Shown: positions 46,244 to 55,896, numbered from the stretch's first letter. The stretch is DNA of 64,000 bases from Dehalococcoidia bacterium (GCA_965247055.1 CBDFGE010000003.1:72868-136867); one strand, 5' to 3'. A program made the numbers and translations. Notes: generated by a model not told the origin, from the sequence alone.

Positions 46244-48529
46244 CTACCTTGAGATGGCGTAGCCAATCTGCAGATGTACGGCAACTTCGATTTTGGGCGC
46301 GGCGTCGAATGGCAGCAACGCGTTAGGGTCTTGGGACTGTCCACCGCACGCCTCGGTGCTGGTTAAGCCGTAGTTGAAGCCGCCGAGAGGGTACTCTACA
46401 ACACTCACGACGCCACCACGGACCACGCCGATTGCCTCAGCCAGACCATCGGCGTTCTTGTCAGTCTGCAGGGCGGCATCCCGGCGGGCCAGCGCCAGAC
46501 CCGCGTTGCAGCTCTCTTCCGATAGGCTAAAGCGTACCCCGCTGTGCTCGGAGCGTCTGAGCACGTCCTCCACGGCGCCAAGGATGACGTCACCGATCTC
46601 AGGCAGGTCCGCGACCGCTACTTCTACGGATATCTGGACCGGCTCGTAGGGCTGACGCCCCGAAACGATCTCGATGTCGCCGCTGACGATCCCTAATTCT
46701 GTGAGCTTGTCTATCACGTCCGCACGATCCTCCATAGAGAGCGGCTCTGGACCCCTAGGGCCGTAGAAGCGTTGTGGGATCACGACCACATAAGCTTCGT
46801 CGGCAGTCACTGTCAGGGAGCTGTTGGCGACCGCCACGAGACCGGCGGTCTCGTCGGACTGCGGAGCAAATGTGATCTGTAGCGGCAACACGACGTCGAC
46901 GCTTTGCTCGGCGTCGAATGCCAGCAACGCGTAGGGGTCCGGGAATAATCCGCCACACCTATCGGTACTGTCTAGGCCATAACCGAATCTGCTGAGCGGG
47001 TCCTCGACCGCACCTATCACTCCACCCCGGACCATACCAAGTGCCGCAGCCAGGTCGTCGGCCTTCCTATCGATCTGGGAAATCGCATCCCGGCGGGCCA
47101 GCGCAAGTGCCCTGTCACAATTCTCCTCCGACAGGCCAAAACGAACTCCACTGCGCTCTGAGCGTCTGACCCCATCCTCCACGGCACCGAGGATAAGGTC
47201 ACCGATCTCGGGCAGGTCCTCCATCTGCACTTCCACCGAAATAGTTTCCAGGCCATACAGCTGCCCGGACTCGAACTGGATATCATCCTCGCCGATGCCC
47301 ATGTCCATCAGATTCTGTACGACATCGTCACGGTCCTCGTTTGATAGATTTTCTGGGCCTCCGGGGCCGTAGAACTGTTCGGGAATTACGACTATGTAGG
47401 CCTCGTCCGCTGTTGACATCACTGAGCCATTAGCCGTAGCCGTGATACCTCCGGTTTGTTCAGACTCGGGGCCGTAGGTAATCCGCATCCGTAGTGATAC
47501 TTCGACCTCGGGGTCGGCGTCGAACGGTATTAGCGGCGTTTGGTAAGGGTGAAACTGTCCGCCGCCACACTTGTCTAGGCTAGGGAGTCCTGGGCCGAAG
47601 CTGTTGGCCGGGATTTCGACCGCGATTATGATTCCGCCTCGGACCACACCGAGCGCTTCGGCTAGGTCGAGGGAGCCTCCTTCGGCCTGAGTAATCGCTT
47701 CTTGGCGGGCCGCCGCGAGTGCACGGTCGCAATTCTCCCCCGAGACGCTAAAATGAACTCCACTGCGCTCTGAGCGTCTGATCACATCCTCCACGGCATC
47801 GAGGATGAGGTCACCGATCTCTGGCAGGTCTTCGATCTGTACTTCCACCGAAATAGTCTCCGGGTCATACTCCTGCCCGGACTCGAACTCGATATCATCC
47901 TCGTCGATGCCGAGGTCCATCAGATTCTGTAAGACGTCGTCTCGGTCCTCGTGGGATGTCCTTTCTGGGCCTCCGGGGCCGTAAAACCGATCGGGAATCA
48001 CGATTACATAGGCCTCGTCCGCCGATACCGTCACCGAGCCGTTGGCTGTAACAGTGAGCCCCCCAGACTCGCTGACCTCGTGTGAGATGGGCAGTGCGTT
48101 GAAGCCATCAACACCGCTGTATAGAAATGCTGCAGGCCCGAGCGCAGGCACATCCTGGACCTCGACCACCTGGCTCTGCGGCCCATCGACTGAAGTCGGC
48201 CCCGCAGGCAATTCCGTATCCTCACTAGTCTCAGTTTCAACATCGAGTACGGTGAGCAATCCCTCAGACAGGCTATCCATTGTCCGTTGAAGGACTGTTT
48301 CGACTATGGCCTCGATGTCCGGCGTGGGCGCAGGGGTCGGGGTAGGTATCGCTCCCAATGCCTCTCGCACGGCCATTTCGACGATGGCTTCGACATCCGG
48401 AGTTGGGGCGGATGGGGGCTGTGTTTCGCCGCCAGTTGATGCCCTATCGTCGTTGGTGCAGGCTGCTGCTACGACCGTCCCCAGCAGTAGGATGAGTATA
48501 AAGAAGCTAGTCAGTCGAAATGGTTGCAT
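46244..48529 (-). CDS. Lipoprotein with three tandem SIMPL (DUF541/BP26-like) domains
   Basis: 761 aa. The signal and lipobox are MQPFRLTSFFILILLLGTVVAAAC. The block ...ANGSV.V.ADEAY..VIP..FYGP.GPE...ISVEV...DLPEIGD.IL.AVED..RRSE.SGV.F...E.C...LA.AR..A... is repeated three times. Confidence 0.8.
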   Translation of the reverse strand: MQPFRLTSFFILILLLGTVVAAACTNDDRASTGGETQPPSAPTPDVEAIVEMAVREALGAIPTPTPAPTPDIEAIVETVLQRTMDSLSEGLLTVLDVETETSEDTELPAGPTSVDGPQSQVVEVQDVPALGPAAFLYSGVDGFNALPISHEVSESGGLTVTANGSVTVSADEAYVIVIPDRFYGPGGPERTSHEDRDDVLQNLMDLGIDEDDIEFESGQEYDPETISVEVQIEDLPEIGDLILDAVEDVIRRSERSGVHFSVSGENCDRALAAARQEAITQAEGGSLDLAEALGVVRGGIIIAVEIPANSFGPGLPSLDKCGGGQFHPYQTPLIPFDADPEVEVSLRMRITYGPESEQTGGITATANGSVMSTADEAYIVVIPEQFYGPGGPENLSNEDRDDVVQNLMDMGIGEDDIQFESGQLYGLETISVEVQMEDLPEIGDLILGAVEDGVRRSERSGVRFGLSEENCDRALALARRDAISQIDRKADDLAAALGMVRGGVIGAVEDPLSRFGYGLDSTDRCGGLFPDPYALLAFDAEQSVDVVLPLQITFAPQSDETAGLVAVANSSLTVTADEAYVVVIPQRFYGPRGPEPLSMEDRADVIDKLTELGIVSGDIEIVSGRQPYEPVQISVEVAVADLPEIGDVILGAVEDVLRRSEHSGVRFSLSEESCNAGLALARRDAALQTDKNADGLAEAIGVVRGGVVSVVEYPLGGFNYGLTSTEACGGQSQDPNALLPFDAAPKIEVAVHLQIGYAISR
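46247..48061 (-). repeat. Intragenic tandem repeat, 3 units of ~606 bp (~200 aa)
   Basis: The repeat units begin at aa 157, 361 and 563 of the lipoprotein. They are diverged copies, not identical. Confidence 0.8.
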
Positions 48530-48662
48530 TCTCGCCCTCCTTGGACACGTTCGGAGAACTCCCGTTTGTGCATGTTAAGGTCGTGCCTTGTGATCCGGAA
48601 TTCCACAGATAGCTCCGTGCCTTCGCAAGTATTATACTCCGGGATGACGCAAACTGTATGTG

Positions 48663-49770
48663 TGAGGTGGACCCCAAAATTCGGACAGGTGGCTAAGAGA
48701 GAGTCCCGCTCCTAAAATAGGACGGAAACAAGGAGCAGGACATGAAGCAAACACGTAAGAAGCACAGCCCAGTCTTCAAGGCCAAAGTGGCTTTGGCCGC
48801 GCTCCAGGGGGAGCACACCATTGCAGAGCTGGCCAGCCGGTTTGAAGTCCACCCGAGCCAGATCCATGCCTGGAAGAAGGCCTTGACTCAGGGGGCGCCG
48901 CACCTCTTTGAAAATGGTGGTGGACGCCAGGAGAAGGACCAAGAGGTCCTCACTGCCCAGCTCTACCAACAGATTGGGCAGCTCAAGGTGGAACGGGATT
49001 TTTTGTCACGGAGCTTCGGGTTGTGAGCCGGTCCCAACGCCGGGCCATGATTGACCGAGAAGAACCGAAGCTGTCTCTGGTACGCCAGTGCGCCTTGCTG
49101 GGTAGAAGCCGCTCCTCGTTGTACTACCTGCCAACCGAGGCCGGCGCCGAGGACTTGGAGTTGATGGCCCTCATAGACCAACAGTACCTGAAGACACCTT
49201 TCCGGCGTCCCAACACCAGCAAGCCAAACCCAGGGCATAAGGTCTATCCGTACTTGCTCAGGGGGCTGGAGATCAACCGGGTCAACCAGGTGTGGGCCAC
49301 CGACATCACCTACATACCCATGGCTCGGGGTTTCCTCTACTTGGTGGCCATCATGGACTGGCACAGCCGCTACGTGCTGGCCTGGCGGCTGTCCAACACC
49401 CTGGAGGTAGACTTCTGTGTTGCGGCTCTGGAAGAGGCCTTGAGCAAGGGTCGGCCACAGATCTTCAACACCGACCAGGGCAGCCAGTTCACCAGCGAGG
49501 CCTTCACCAGCATGCTGCTGGCGCAAGGCGTTCAAGTGAGCATGGACGGCAGGGGCCGGTGCATGGACAACGTCTTCGTGGAACGGCTGTGGCGCAGCAT
49601 CAAGTACGAGGAGGTGTACCTGAAGGCATACCAAAATGGGACTGAGGCCAGAAAGGGGATTGGGGCTTATCTGGCCTTCTACAACCAAGAGCGGCCCCAT
49701 CAAGCCCTGGGCTATCGGTCACCGGGTCAGGTGTTCCATGCAGTGAGCCCACAAAGGTGTTTACTGGAAC
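48663..49770 (+). mobile_element. IS3-family insertion sequence, copy B (internal 105-bp deletion, 3' end truncated)
   Basis: It has the same left end TGAGGTGGACCCCAAAATTCGGACAGG as copy A. Identity to copy A stops after ...TTTACTGGAAC at 49770. It is in inverted orientation relative to copy A. Confidence 0.85.
48742..49026 (+). CDS. IS3-family transposase OrfA (copy B)
   Basis: The 94-aa protein is identical to the one at 44247..44531. Confidence 0.9.
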   Translation: MKQTRKKHSPVFKAKVALAALQGEHTIAELASRFEVHPSQIHAWKKALTQGAPHLFENGGGRQEKDQEVLTAQLYQQIGQLKVERDFLSRSFGL

Positions 49771-49775
49771 TGTAG
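49023..49775 (+). pseudogene. IS3-family transposase OrfB, copy B, with in-frame 35-aa deletion and truncated C-terminus
   Basis: It reads ...LKTPF|RRPNTSK... where copy A has ...[47 protein letters not shown]... The junction is near 49202. The last ~40 codons are replaced by foreign sequence. Confidence 0.85.
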
Positions 49776-49903
49776 ACCGTCAGCAAAAGTGGGACTGCGA
49801 TAATCTTTCCCGGGCCTTCTCGGGTCGGGTCTGACCCGAAATGGGACCGGCGCAGTGCCTTTAATGTGATCTGTCGACCTCGTTCTCGAGGCGGCCCAAC
49901 CCG

Positions 49904-49911
49904 CCCACCGA
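49904..49911. repeat. Target-site duplication of IS256 copy 1 (left copy, CCCACCGA)
   Basis: Read directly. The identical 8-mer immediately follows the right IS end at 51283-51290. Confidence 0.9.
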
Positions 49912-51282
49912 AGTAGAGTCCCAGGAAGTGGTGTAAGAAGAGGAGGGGGTCTGGAGTAAGAGAGACCACCGCGTCATCCTTAGCGGGCAAAGAAGAAAGC
50001 TCGAGAAAGGAGGACAACGGTGGTCAAGGAAAGGATGGACCTGCTGGAGTTGTTGCGCAAGGGGGGAATGGACGGTGACGTGGACTTCCTACGGGAGGCT
50101 CTGAGAGTGCTGGTAGAGGGGATCATGGATGCGGAGGTGTCTGCGAGGACCGGTGCTGAGTATGGAGAACGCAGCCCTGAGCGGGTGACCCAGCGCAACG
50201 GGTATCGGTCCCGGGCGTGGGATATCCGGGTAGGGACTATGGAACTGCACATCCCGAAGCTTCGAGAGGGGAGCTACTTCCCGAGCCTGCTGGAGCCACG
50301 GCGTCGCAGCGAGCGAGCTCTGCTGGCTGTGATCCAGCAGGCCTATGTGGAAGGTGTATCGACAAGGCGGGTGGACGACCTGGTCAAGGCCCTGGGGTGC
50401 GAGGGTATCTCCAAGAGCCAGGTGTCCCGTATCTGCTCCGAGCTGGACGAGGTGGTGGAGGACTTCCTGGGTCGGTCGCTGGACGGCGGATCATACCCCT
50501 ACCTGTGGCTGGACGCACTAACCCAGAAGGTCAGAGAGGCCGGTAGGATCGTCAACGTCAGCGTGGTGGTGGCGACGGCGGTCAATGGCGAGGGCAAGCG
50601 GGAGATCATTGGGATGGACGTGGGTACCAGTGAAGACGGCGCCTTCTGGCTGGCCTTTCTGCGCTCACTGTCGGCCAGGGGTCTGAGCGGGGTGGATCTG
50701 GTGGTATCGGATGCGCATCAGGGACTCAGGGATGCCATCGCGACTGTCTTCGGTGGGGCCAGTTGGCAACGGTGCCGCACACACTTCATGACCAACCTGC
50801 TCACTCGGGTCCCCAGGCGCGCTCAGCCCTGGGTGGCCACCATGGTACGCACCATCTACCAGCAGCCGTCCCCTCAGGAGGTCCACGCACAGCTCGAGCG
50901 GGTGATCGCCCAGCTACAGGACCCGTTCCCTCAGGTGGCCTCTCTACTGGACGCGGCTGGTGCGGACGTCCTGGCCTTCTCCAGCTTCCCACTCGCCCAC
51001 TGGAAGAAGATCTGGTCTAACAACCCCCTGGAGCGTCTCAACAAGGAGATACGGCGCCGCACCAACGTGGTGGGTATCTTTCCCAACCGGCCGGCCGCGC
51101 GTCGCCTCGTTGGGGCTGTCCTGGCCGAACAGCACGACGAATGGGCCATCGGCCCTCGTTACATGACACCCGCGGTCTACAGCATCGACGAAGCTCTACC
51201 CGAGGCGGATCTAGCGAAGGCGGCGGCATAGACCGCGATCAACAGGATGACGCTCTCTTACACCACTTGACGGGACGTGACC
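49912..51282 (+). mobile_element. IS256-family insertion sequence, copy 1 (intact, with 8-bp target duplication)
   Basis: The ends are AGTAGAGTCCCAGGAAGTGGTGTAA... and ...TTACACCACTTGACGGGACGTGACC (imperfect inverted repeats). It is flanked by CCCACCGA at 49904-49911 and again at 51283-51290. Confidence 0.9.
50020..51231 (+). CDS. IS256-family transposase (mutator type)
   Basis: 403 aa: ...RSPERVTQRNGYRSRAWDIRVGTMELHIPKLREGSYFPSLLEPRRRSERALL...YLWLDALTQKVRE...VVSDAHQGLRDAI...WQRCRTHFMTNLL... Confidence 0.92.
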   Translation: MVKERMDLLELLRKGGMDGDVDFLREALRVLVEGIMDAEVSARTGAEYGERSPERVTQRNGYRSRAWDIRVGTMELHIPKLREGSYFPSLLEPRRRSERALLAVIQQAYVEGVSTRRVDDLVKALGCEGISKSQVSRICSELDEVVEDFLGRSLDGGSYPYLWLDALTQKVREAGRIVNVSVVVATAVNGEGKREIIGMDVGTSEDGAFWLAFLRSLSARGLSGVDLVVSDAHQGLRDAIATVFGGASWQRCRTHFMTNLLTRVPRRAQPWVATMVRTIYQQPSPQEVHAQLERVIAQLQDPFPQVASLLDAAGADVLAFSSFPLAHWKKIWSNNPLERLNKEIRRRTNVVGIFPNRPAARRLVGAVLAEQHDEWAIGPRYMTPAVYSIDEALPEADLAKAAA

Positions 51283-51397
51283 CCCACCGACCAGGTGAGC
51301 AGTGACCTGATAGGAGCCTGGCCAAAGGCCCCGTCGCAGTCCTGTCCGCTCTCCTGGCCTGTTGGAGCCATCTCACTCAAGAGCGAGGAGGCAGTCT

Positions 51398-52191
51398 GTG
51401 ACCACTAGCAGCGGATTGGATGGTGTCGCCAGGGTGATCGTTGGTGTTGACACGCACTGGACGAACACGTAGCTGTGGCAATCGACCACCATGGAACGCG
51501 CCTGGGTGAATACCGGCTAGGGACGACGGCCAAGGGCTACGAGGACCTGGAGACCTGGGCTATCGGCCTGGGCCAGGTCGCCACCTTTGGCGTCGAAGGT
51601 ACCGGCTCATATGGAGCGGGGCTGGCTCGACACCTTGCTCGGTGTGGCCACAAAGTTATCGAGGTCAACCGACCAGACAGGTCCACACGCCGTAGACTGG
51701 GCAAAAGCGACCCACTTCGGCTGCTTGCCCGTCGTCACAGCCAGCTCACCTGCGAGATCGAAGGTATCGACGACGAGCTGGCCCGGCTCACCGCGGAGAC
51801 TGCGCCGGCATTGGTCCACACCTTCGGAGTCGGAGCGGACACCGCAGCCACGCTTCTCGTGACTGCCGGCAGCAATCCCGAGCGACTGAGGTCTGAGCCC
51901 GCCTTCGCCGCCCTGTGTGGAGTAAACCCCATTCCTGCCTCTTCAGGCAAGACCGAACGCCACCGACTCAACCGCGGAGGCGATCGACAAGCCAATGCCG
52001 CTCTCTATCGCGTTGTCCTTGTGAGACTCCGCTACGATGAGCGGACGAGGGAGTATATGCGGCGTCGCACCAGGGAGGGGATGACAAAGTCCGAGGTCAT
52101 CCGCTGCCTCAAACGCTACGTCGCTCGTCAGATCTTCGCCATCTTGCATGAGATCGGACGCAAGAACCTGGCTCTACCAGCAGCCGCTTGA
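51398..52191 (+). pseudogene. IS110-family transposase remnant (N-terminal frameshift and internal deletion)
   Basis: GTG at 51398 after GAGGAGG gives VTTSSGLDGVARVIVGVDTHW.., then a frame change to DEHVAVAIDHHGTRLGEY...FGVEGTGSYGAGLARHL...GKSDP. This is joined directly to the C-terminal part ...CGVNPIPASSGKTERHRLNRGGDRQANAALY... The middle ~100 aa expected for this family are missing. Confidence 0.7.
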
Positions 52192-52293
52192 CATCTATAG
52201 GAGCATCACATTCCGGCCCTGAAATATCGAAGACGTTGAGGGCTGGTGAAGGCTCTTTGGGAGGGGTAGAGTACCCCCCAGGAAAGGAGCAAC

Positions 52294-52718
52294 GTGTTCC
52301 AAGAACAAATCACGGAAGCACAGCAGGCGGAGACCCGGACCCAGGACACGCGAGCCTTCGTCCGCCGGGTTCGCACCTTGACCCGGCGCAAGTACACCCC
52401 CGAAGAGAAGATCCGCATCGTCCTGGAAGGCTTTCGCCGGGAAGTCACGGTAAGCGACCTCTGCCGTCGGGAAGGGATCAAGGCCGGCGCGTACTATACC
52501 TGGACCAAGGACCCATCGGCAAGCTCAGGATGCACTTCATGGAGGGTGGGAAAGAGCGCCTGACCCGAGATACCGTCCGAGAGGCGACCCGCCGAGAGAT
52601 GGAGCAGTTGCACCGGGAAAGCCACGACCTGAAGCTGCTGGTGGCCGACCTGGCACTCCAGGTGGAACGGCTTAAAAAAACGACCATCCCGCCGCTGGAC
52701 GGCAGCGTCGGCGTATGA
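52294..52718 (+). pseudogene. IS3-family OrfA (HTH) with a net +2 frameshift (about 23 extra nt)
   Basis: ...RKYTPEEKIRIVLEGFRREVTVSDLCRREGIKAGAYYTWTKD is followed by the extra stretch CCATCGGCAAGCTCAGGATGCAC (about 52511-52533). The expected continuation FMEGGKERLTRDTVREATRREMEQLHRE...LKK is in another frame (track ORF 52188..52718). Confidence 0.7.
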
Positions 52719-53692
52719 GCCGTGAGGAACGGCAAGAGGTCCTGGCCGAGGTCGATGGAGTACGCTGGGGGAAGCGACGACAACTCCGCGTGCTGGGCGT
52801 TCCCAAGAGCACGTACTACCGCTGGAAGAAGCCGTCCCAGGGTGCTGGGGAGCGTTGCTGGAGGCAGGCCTGGAACCGGCTGACATCAGAAGAAGAAACA
52901 ACGGTGCTGGCGGTCGCTCGGGAGATGCCGGAGTGGCGAAGTCGGCAGTTGGCGGCCTGGCTCACGGACCAGAAGGGATTGGCCGTCTCCGAATCCACGG
53001 TATACCGGCTCTTACGCCGGGAGGGACTGGTGAAGGCGGCAGAGCGGCAACTGCTTGCGGGCAAAGAGTACCAGCACAAGACCACGGGCCCGCACCAGCT
53101 GTGGGCCACCGACGCCTCGTACTTCCGGGTCGTGGGCTGGGGCTACTACTACCTCGTGACGGTGATGGACGACTTCTCTCGCTTTATCCTGGCCCACAAG
53201 CTACTGGAGGACATGACAACGGACTCCCTGATCGAGGTGGTTCAGGAGACCATCGACACCACAGGGATGGATGACGTACCAGTGCAGGACCGGACCAAAC
53301 TCCTCTCCGACAATGGGTCAGGCTACGTCTCTCGGGCCTTTCGGGAGTACCTGCAGCAGGTGGGGATCCGCCACATCCTGGCCTCTCCTTTCCACCCCCA
53401 GACCAACGGGAAGCTGGAGCGGTACCACCGTACCCTGAAGACAGAGGTGAACCAGGTGCCCTACGAGGTCGTGCAGGACCTGGAGGGGGCCATCGGGGCT
53501 TTCGTGGACTTCTACAACCACCGACAGTATCACAAGGCCCTGGGGAACGTGACCCCTGCGAATGTCTTGCAGGGGCACCGGGAGGCTATTCTGGCACGGA
53601 GAAAGGAGGTGCAGAAGGCGACTTTCGAGCGAAGGAGGCGGTACAATCAGGCAGTCTGGGGAGCCACTAAAAGGGGAGCCCCACCACCCTGA
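52715..53692 (+). CDS. IS3/IS481-like transposase OrfB (rve integrase core)
   Basis: 325 aa: ...LWATDASYFRVVGWGYYYLVTVMDDFSRFILAHKL...LLSDNGSGYVS...HPQTNGKLERYHRTLK... Its ATG overlaps the OrfA stop (ATGA). The element ends were not resolved. Confidence 0.85.
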   Translation: MSREERQEVLAEVDGVRWGKRRQLRVLGVPKSTYYRWKKPSQGAGERCWRQAWNRLTSEEETTVLAVAREMPEWRSRQLAAWLTDQKGLAVSESTVYRLLRREGLVKAAERQLLAGKEYQHKTTGPHQLWATDASYFRVVGWGYYYLVTVMDDFSRFILAHKLLEDMTTDSLIEVVQETIDTTGMDDVPVQDRTKLLSDNGSGYVSRAFREYLQQVGIRHILASPFHPQTNGKLERYHRTLKTEVNQVPYEVVQDLEGAIGAFVDFYNHRQYHKALGNVTPANVLQGHREAILARRKEVQKATFERRRRYNQAVWGATKRGAPPP

Positions 53693-53729
53693 TCTCTTCG
53701 ATCAAAAAGTGTCCCATTATCGCTGACTG

Positions 53730-53960
53730 CTAACAGCCCGCGGCCTCGGCGACACCCTGGCCCGTCAGGTAGTACCGCCGACTCGAAGGCAGATGGGCGG
53801 TGCCGTGACTGACGCGCCCGACGATGCCTTCGGCCAGCAGGCCGGTCAGGGCGCGGTGGACGGTCGCGCGGGCCTCGCCGAGGACGTCCGCCAGTTCCGC
53901 CGGATCGACGAACGGCATCCGGCTGAGGAAGTGGAGCAACTGTCGATCGGAGAGTGGCAT
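53730..53960 (-). pseudogene. Winged-helix DNA-binding protein fragment (N-terminal 76 aa only)
   Basis: MPLSDRQLLHFLSRMPFVDPAELADVLGEARATVHRALTGLLAEGIVGRV... ends abruptly next to the preceding IS. The family is uncertain. Confidence 0.35.
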
Positions 53961-54389
53961 ATGTCGAACCTACCAGAATGGAGGCGTCCGCGGCAGCCGC
54001 TCAAACACTGTAAGCGTAAGCGCTCGACCTCCCTTATAGCCAGTATAGCCATGTGAATGGCGGCGACGTCACCTCATTCGGTTGGCGGTGCCGATCCCCC
54101 GAACCACTACGGGAGTGGGTTCGGCTGAGACGACCTGGCGCTCCAGGGTCTGCCCCAAAATTATGGATGCGTTGGCCGCTCGATTCCATTATTATATACC
54201 GTAGAAGCACTGACGCTGGAGCGGCACAGCAGGGAGTTGCAAGCGCCAACTGGTCACCATTGTTGCAGGCACGTCGGCTCAAGGATCGTGGCAGAGGCAT
54301 TGGCACCTCTCAGCTACCAGAGTTCTAAAGAAGGAAATGTCGGAAACCGGCGGCACTTCCGTACCGGCCGCCCATAGCATGGAGGCAGT

Positions 54390-55178
54390 TTGACGAACAC
54401 AGCGCCTATCCTTGAGGTTCACGACCTGGTGAAGGACTTCGGCGGAGTGCGGGCCGTTGACCATTGCTCCCTGCGGATCAAGCGGGGCGCGATCACGGGG
54501 ATAATTGGCCCTAATGGGGCGGGCAAGACGACTTTGTTCAACCTGGTTTCCGGCGCGATGTCTCCGACCAGCGGGCAAGTCATCTTCGACGGCCGGCGCA
54601 TCGACAAGATGGGAATGCACCAGACTTTCGGTCTGGGCCTTGTGCGCACCTTCCAGATCCCTAGGGAGATGAAGCGCATGACGGTGCTGGAAAACCTTAT
54701 CCTGGTACCCGCTCCACAGACGGGCGAACACATCTGGGCATCTTGGTTGATGCCCCGGAAAGTGGCCCGTGAGGAGCGCCAGATCGAGGTACAGGCGATG
54801 GAAGTCTTGGAGCTGCTCACCCTATCTCACCTGGCCGACGAGTACGCCGGGAATCTGTCCGGCGGCCAGAAGAAGCTGCTGGAGCTAGCGCGCGTCCTCA
54901 TGGCCAAGCCCAAGATGGTGCTATTGGACGAACCCGCCGCCGGAGTCAACCGTACGCTGCTTCAAAGCATCTCGCAGAACATACTTCTGGCCAGCGTCGA
55001 GCGGGACATCACGTTCGTAATCATTGAGCACGACATGAGATTCGTCATGACCATGTGCGACCCGATTATCGTCATGGCCAACGGTGCCGTAATTGCGGAA
55101 GGAACGCCGCGACAGGTGCGGCAAAACCCGCAGGTGCTGGAAGCATATCTAGGAGGCTCAGCCGGTGACGCTGCTTGA
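54390..55178 (+). CDS. livG: Branched-chain amino acid ABC transporter ATP-binding protein LivG
   Basis: 262 aa with a TTG start: ...ILEVHDLVKDFGGVRAVDHCSLRIKRGAITGIIGPNGAGKTTLFNLVSG...LSGGQKKLLELAR... Confidence 0.9.
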   Translation: MTNTAPILEVHDLVKDFGGVRAVDHCSLRIKRGAITGIIGPNGAGKTTLFNLVSGAMSPTSGQVIFDGRRIDKMGMHQTFGLGLVRTFQIPREMKRMTVLENLILVPAPQTGEHIWASWLMPRKVAREERQIEVQAMEVLELLTLSHLADEYAGNLSGGQKKLLELARVLMAKPKMVLLDEPAAGVNRTLLQSISQNILLASVERDITFVIIEHDMRFVMTMCDPIIVMANGAVIAEGTPRQVRQNPQVLEAYLGGSAGDAA

Positions 55179-55869
55179 TGCCTCCAGTGTCGTGGCCGGG
55201 TATGGAGAGACCGAGATACTGCACGGTGTGTCTATTACCGTGGGCATGGGCGAGGTCGTCACGATCATCGGCCCCAACGGCTGCGGGAAATCCACCTTGA
55301 TGAAGGCCATTGTAGGTCTGATTCGGATGCGATCGGGCAGCATCATGTTCCGGGGCGAGGACATATCTGGGATTCAACCGGATCAGGCGGTGCGCACTGG
55401 CTTGTCCTATGTCCCCCAAACCGGCAACGTCTTTCCTTCACTGAGCATCCGGGAGAACCTGGATATGGGCGCTTTCATCCGTCGCGACGACTACCGGGGA
55501 CGCATCGACGAGATGTTCGAAATCTTCCCAGACCTTGCCATGCGGCCGGGCCGCATGGCGGGAACCCTGTCGGGTGGCCAGCGCCAGATGCTGGCCCTCG
55601 CCCGCGCGCTGATGCTGGACCCTGCGCTGATACTGCTGGACGAACCCTCCGCCGGGCTCTCTCCAGAGATGATGGGCCTGGTCTTCGAGCGCATCAGGGA
55701 CATTAATCGAAGCGGCGTAGCCGTGCTGCTGGTAGAGCAAAACGCTCGCGAAGCGCTGCGAATGTCGCACCGAGGCTACGTTCTGGTTGCGGGGGAAAAC
55801 CGGCTGGACGACACCGGCCCTGACCTGCTGGACAACCCGCAAGTAGCCAGTCTGTACCTAGGAGGCTAA
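55165..55869 (+). CDS. livF: Branched-chain amino acid ABC transporter ATP-binding protein LivF
   Basis: 234 aa: ...GPNGCGKSTLMKAIVG...LSGGQRQMLALARALM...LLDEPSAGLSP... Confidence 0.9.
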   Translation: MTLLDASSVVAGYGETEILHGVSITVGMGEVVTIIGPNGCGKSTLMKAIVGLIRMRSGSIMFRGEDISGIQPDQAVRTGLSYVPQTGNVFPSLSIRENLDMGAFIRRDDYRGRIDEMFEIFPDLAMRPGRMAGTLSGGQRQMLALARALMLDPALILLDEPSAGLSPEMMGLVFERIRDINRSGVAVLLVEQNAREALRMSHRGYVLVAGENRLDDTGPDLLDNPQVASLYLGG

Positions 55870-55896
55870 TCAAGCCGTGCGCTCAGAAAGTCAGAG

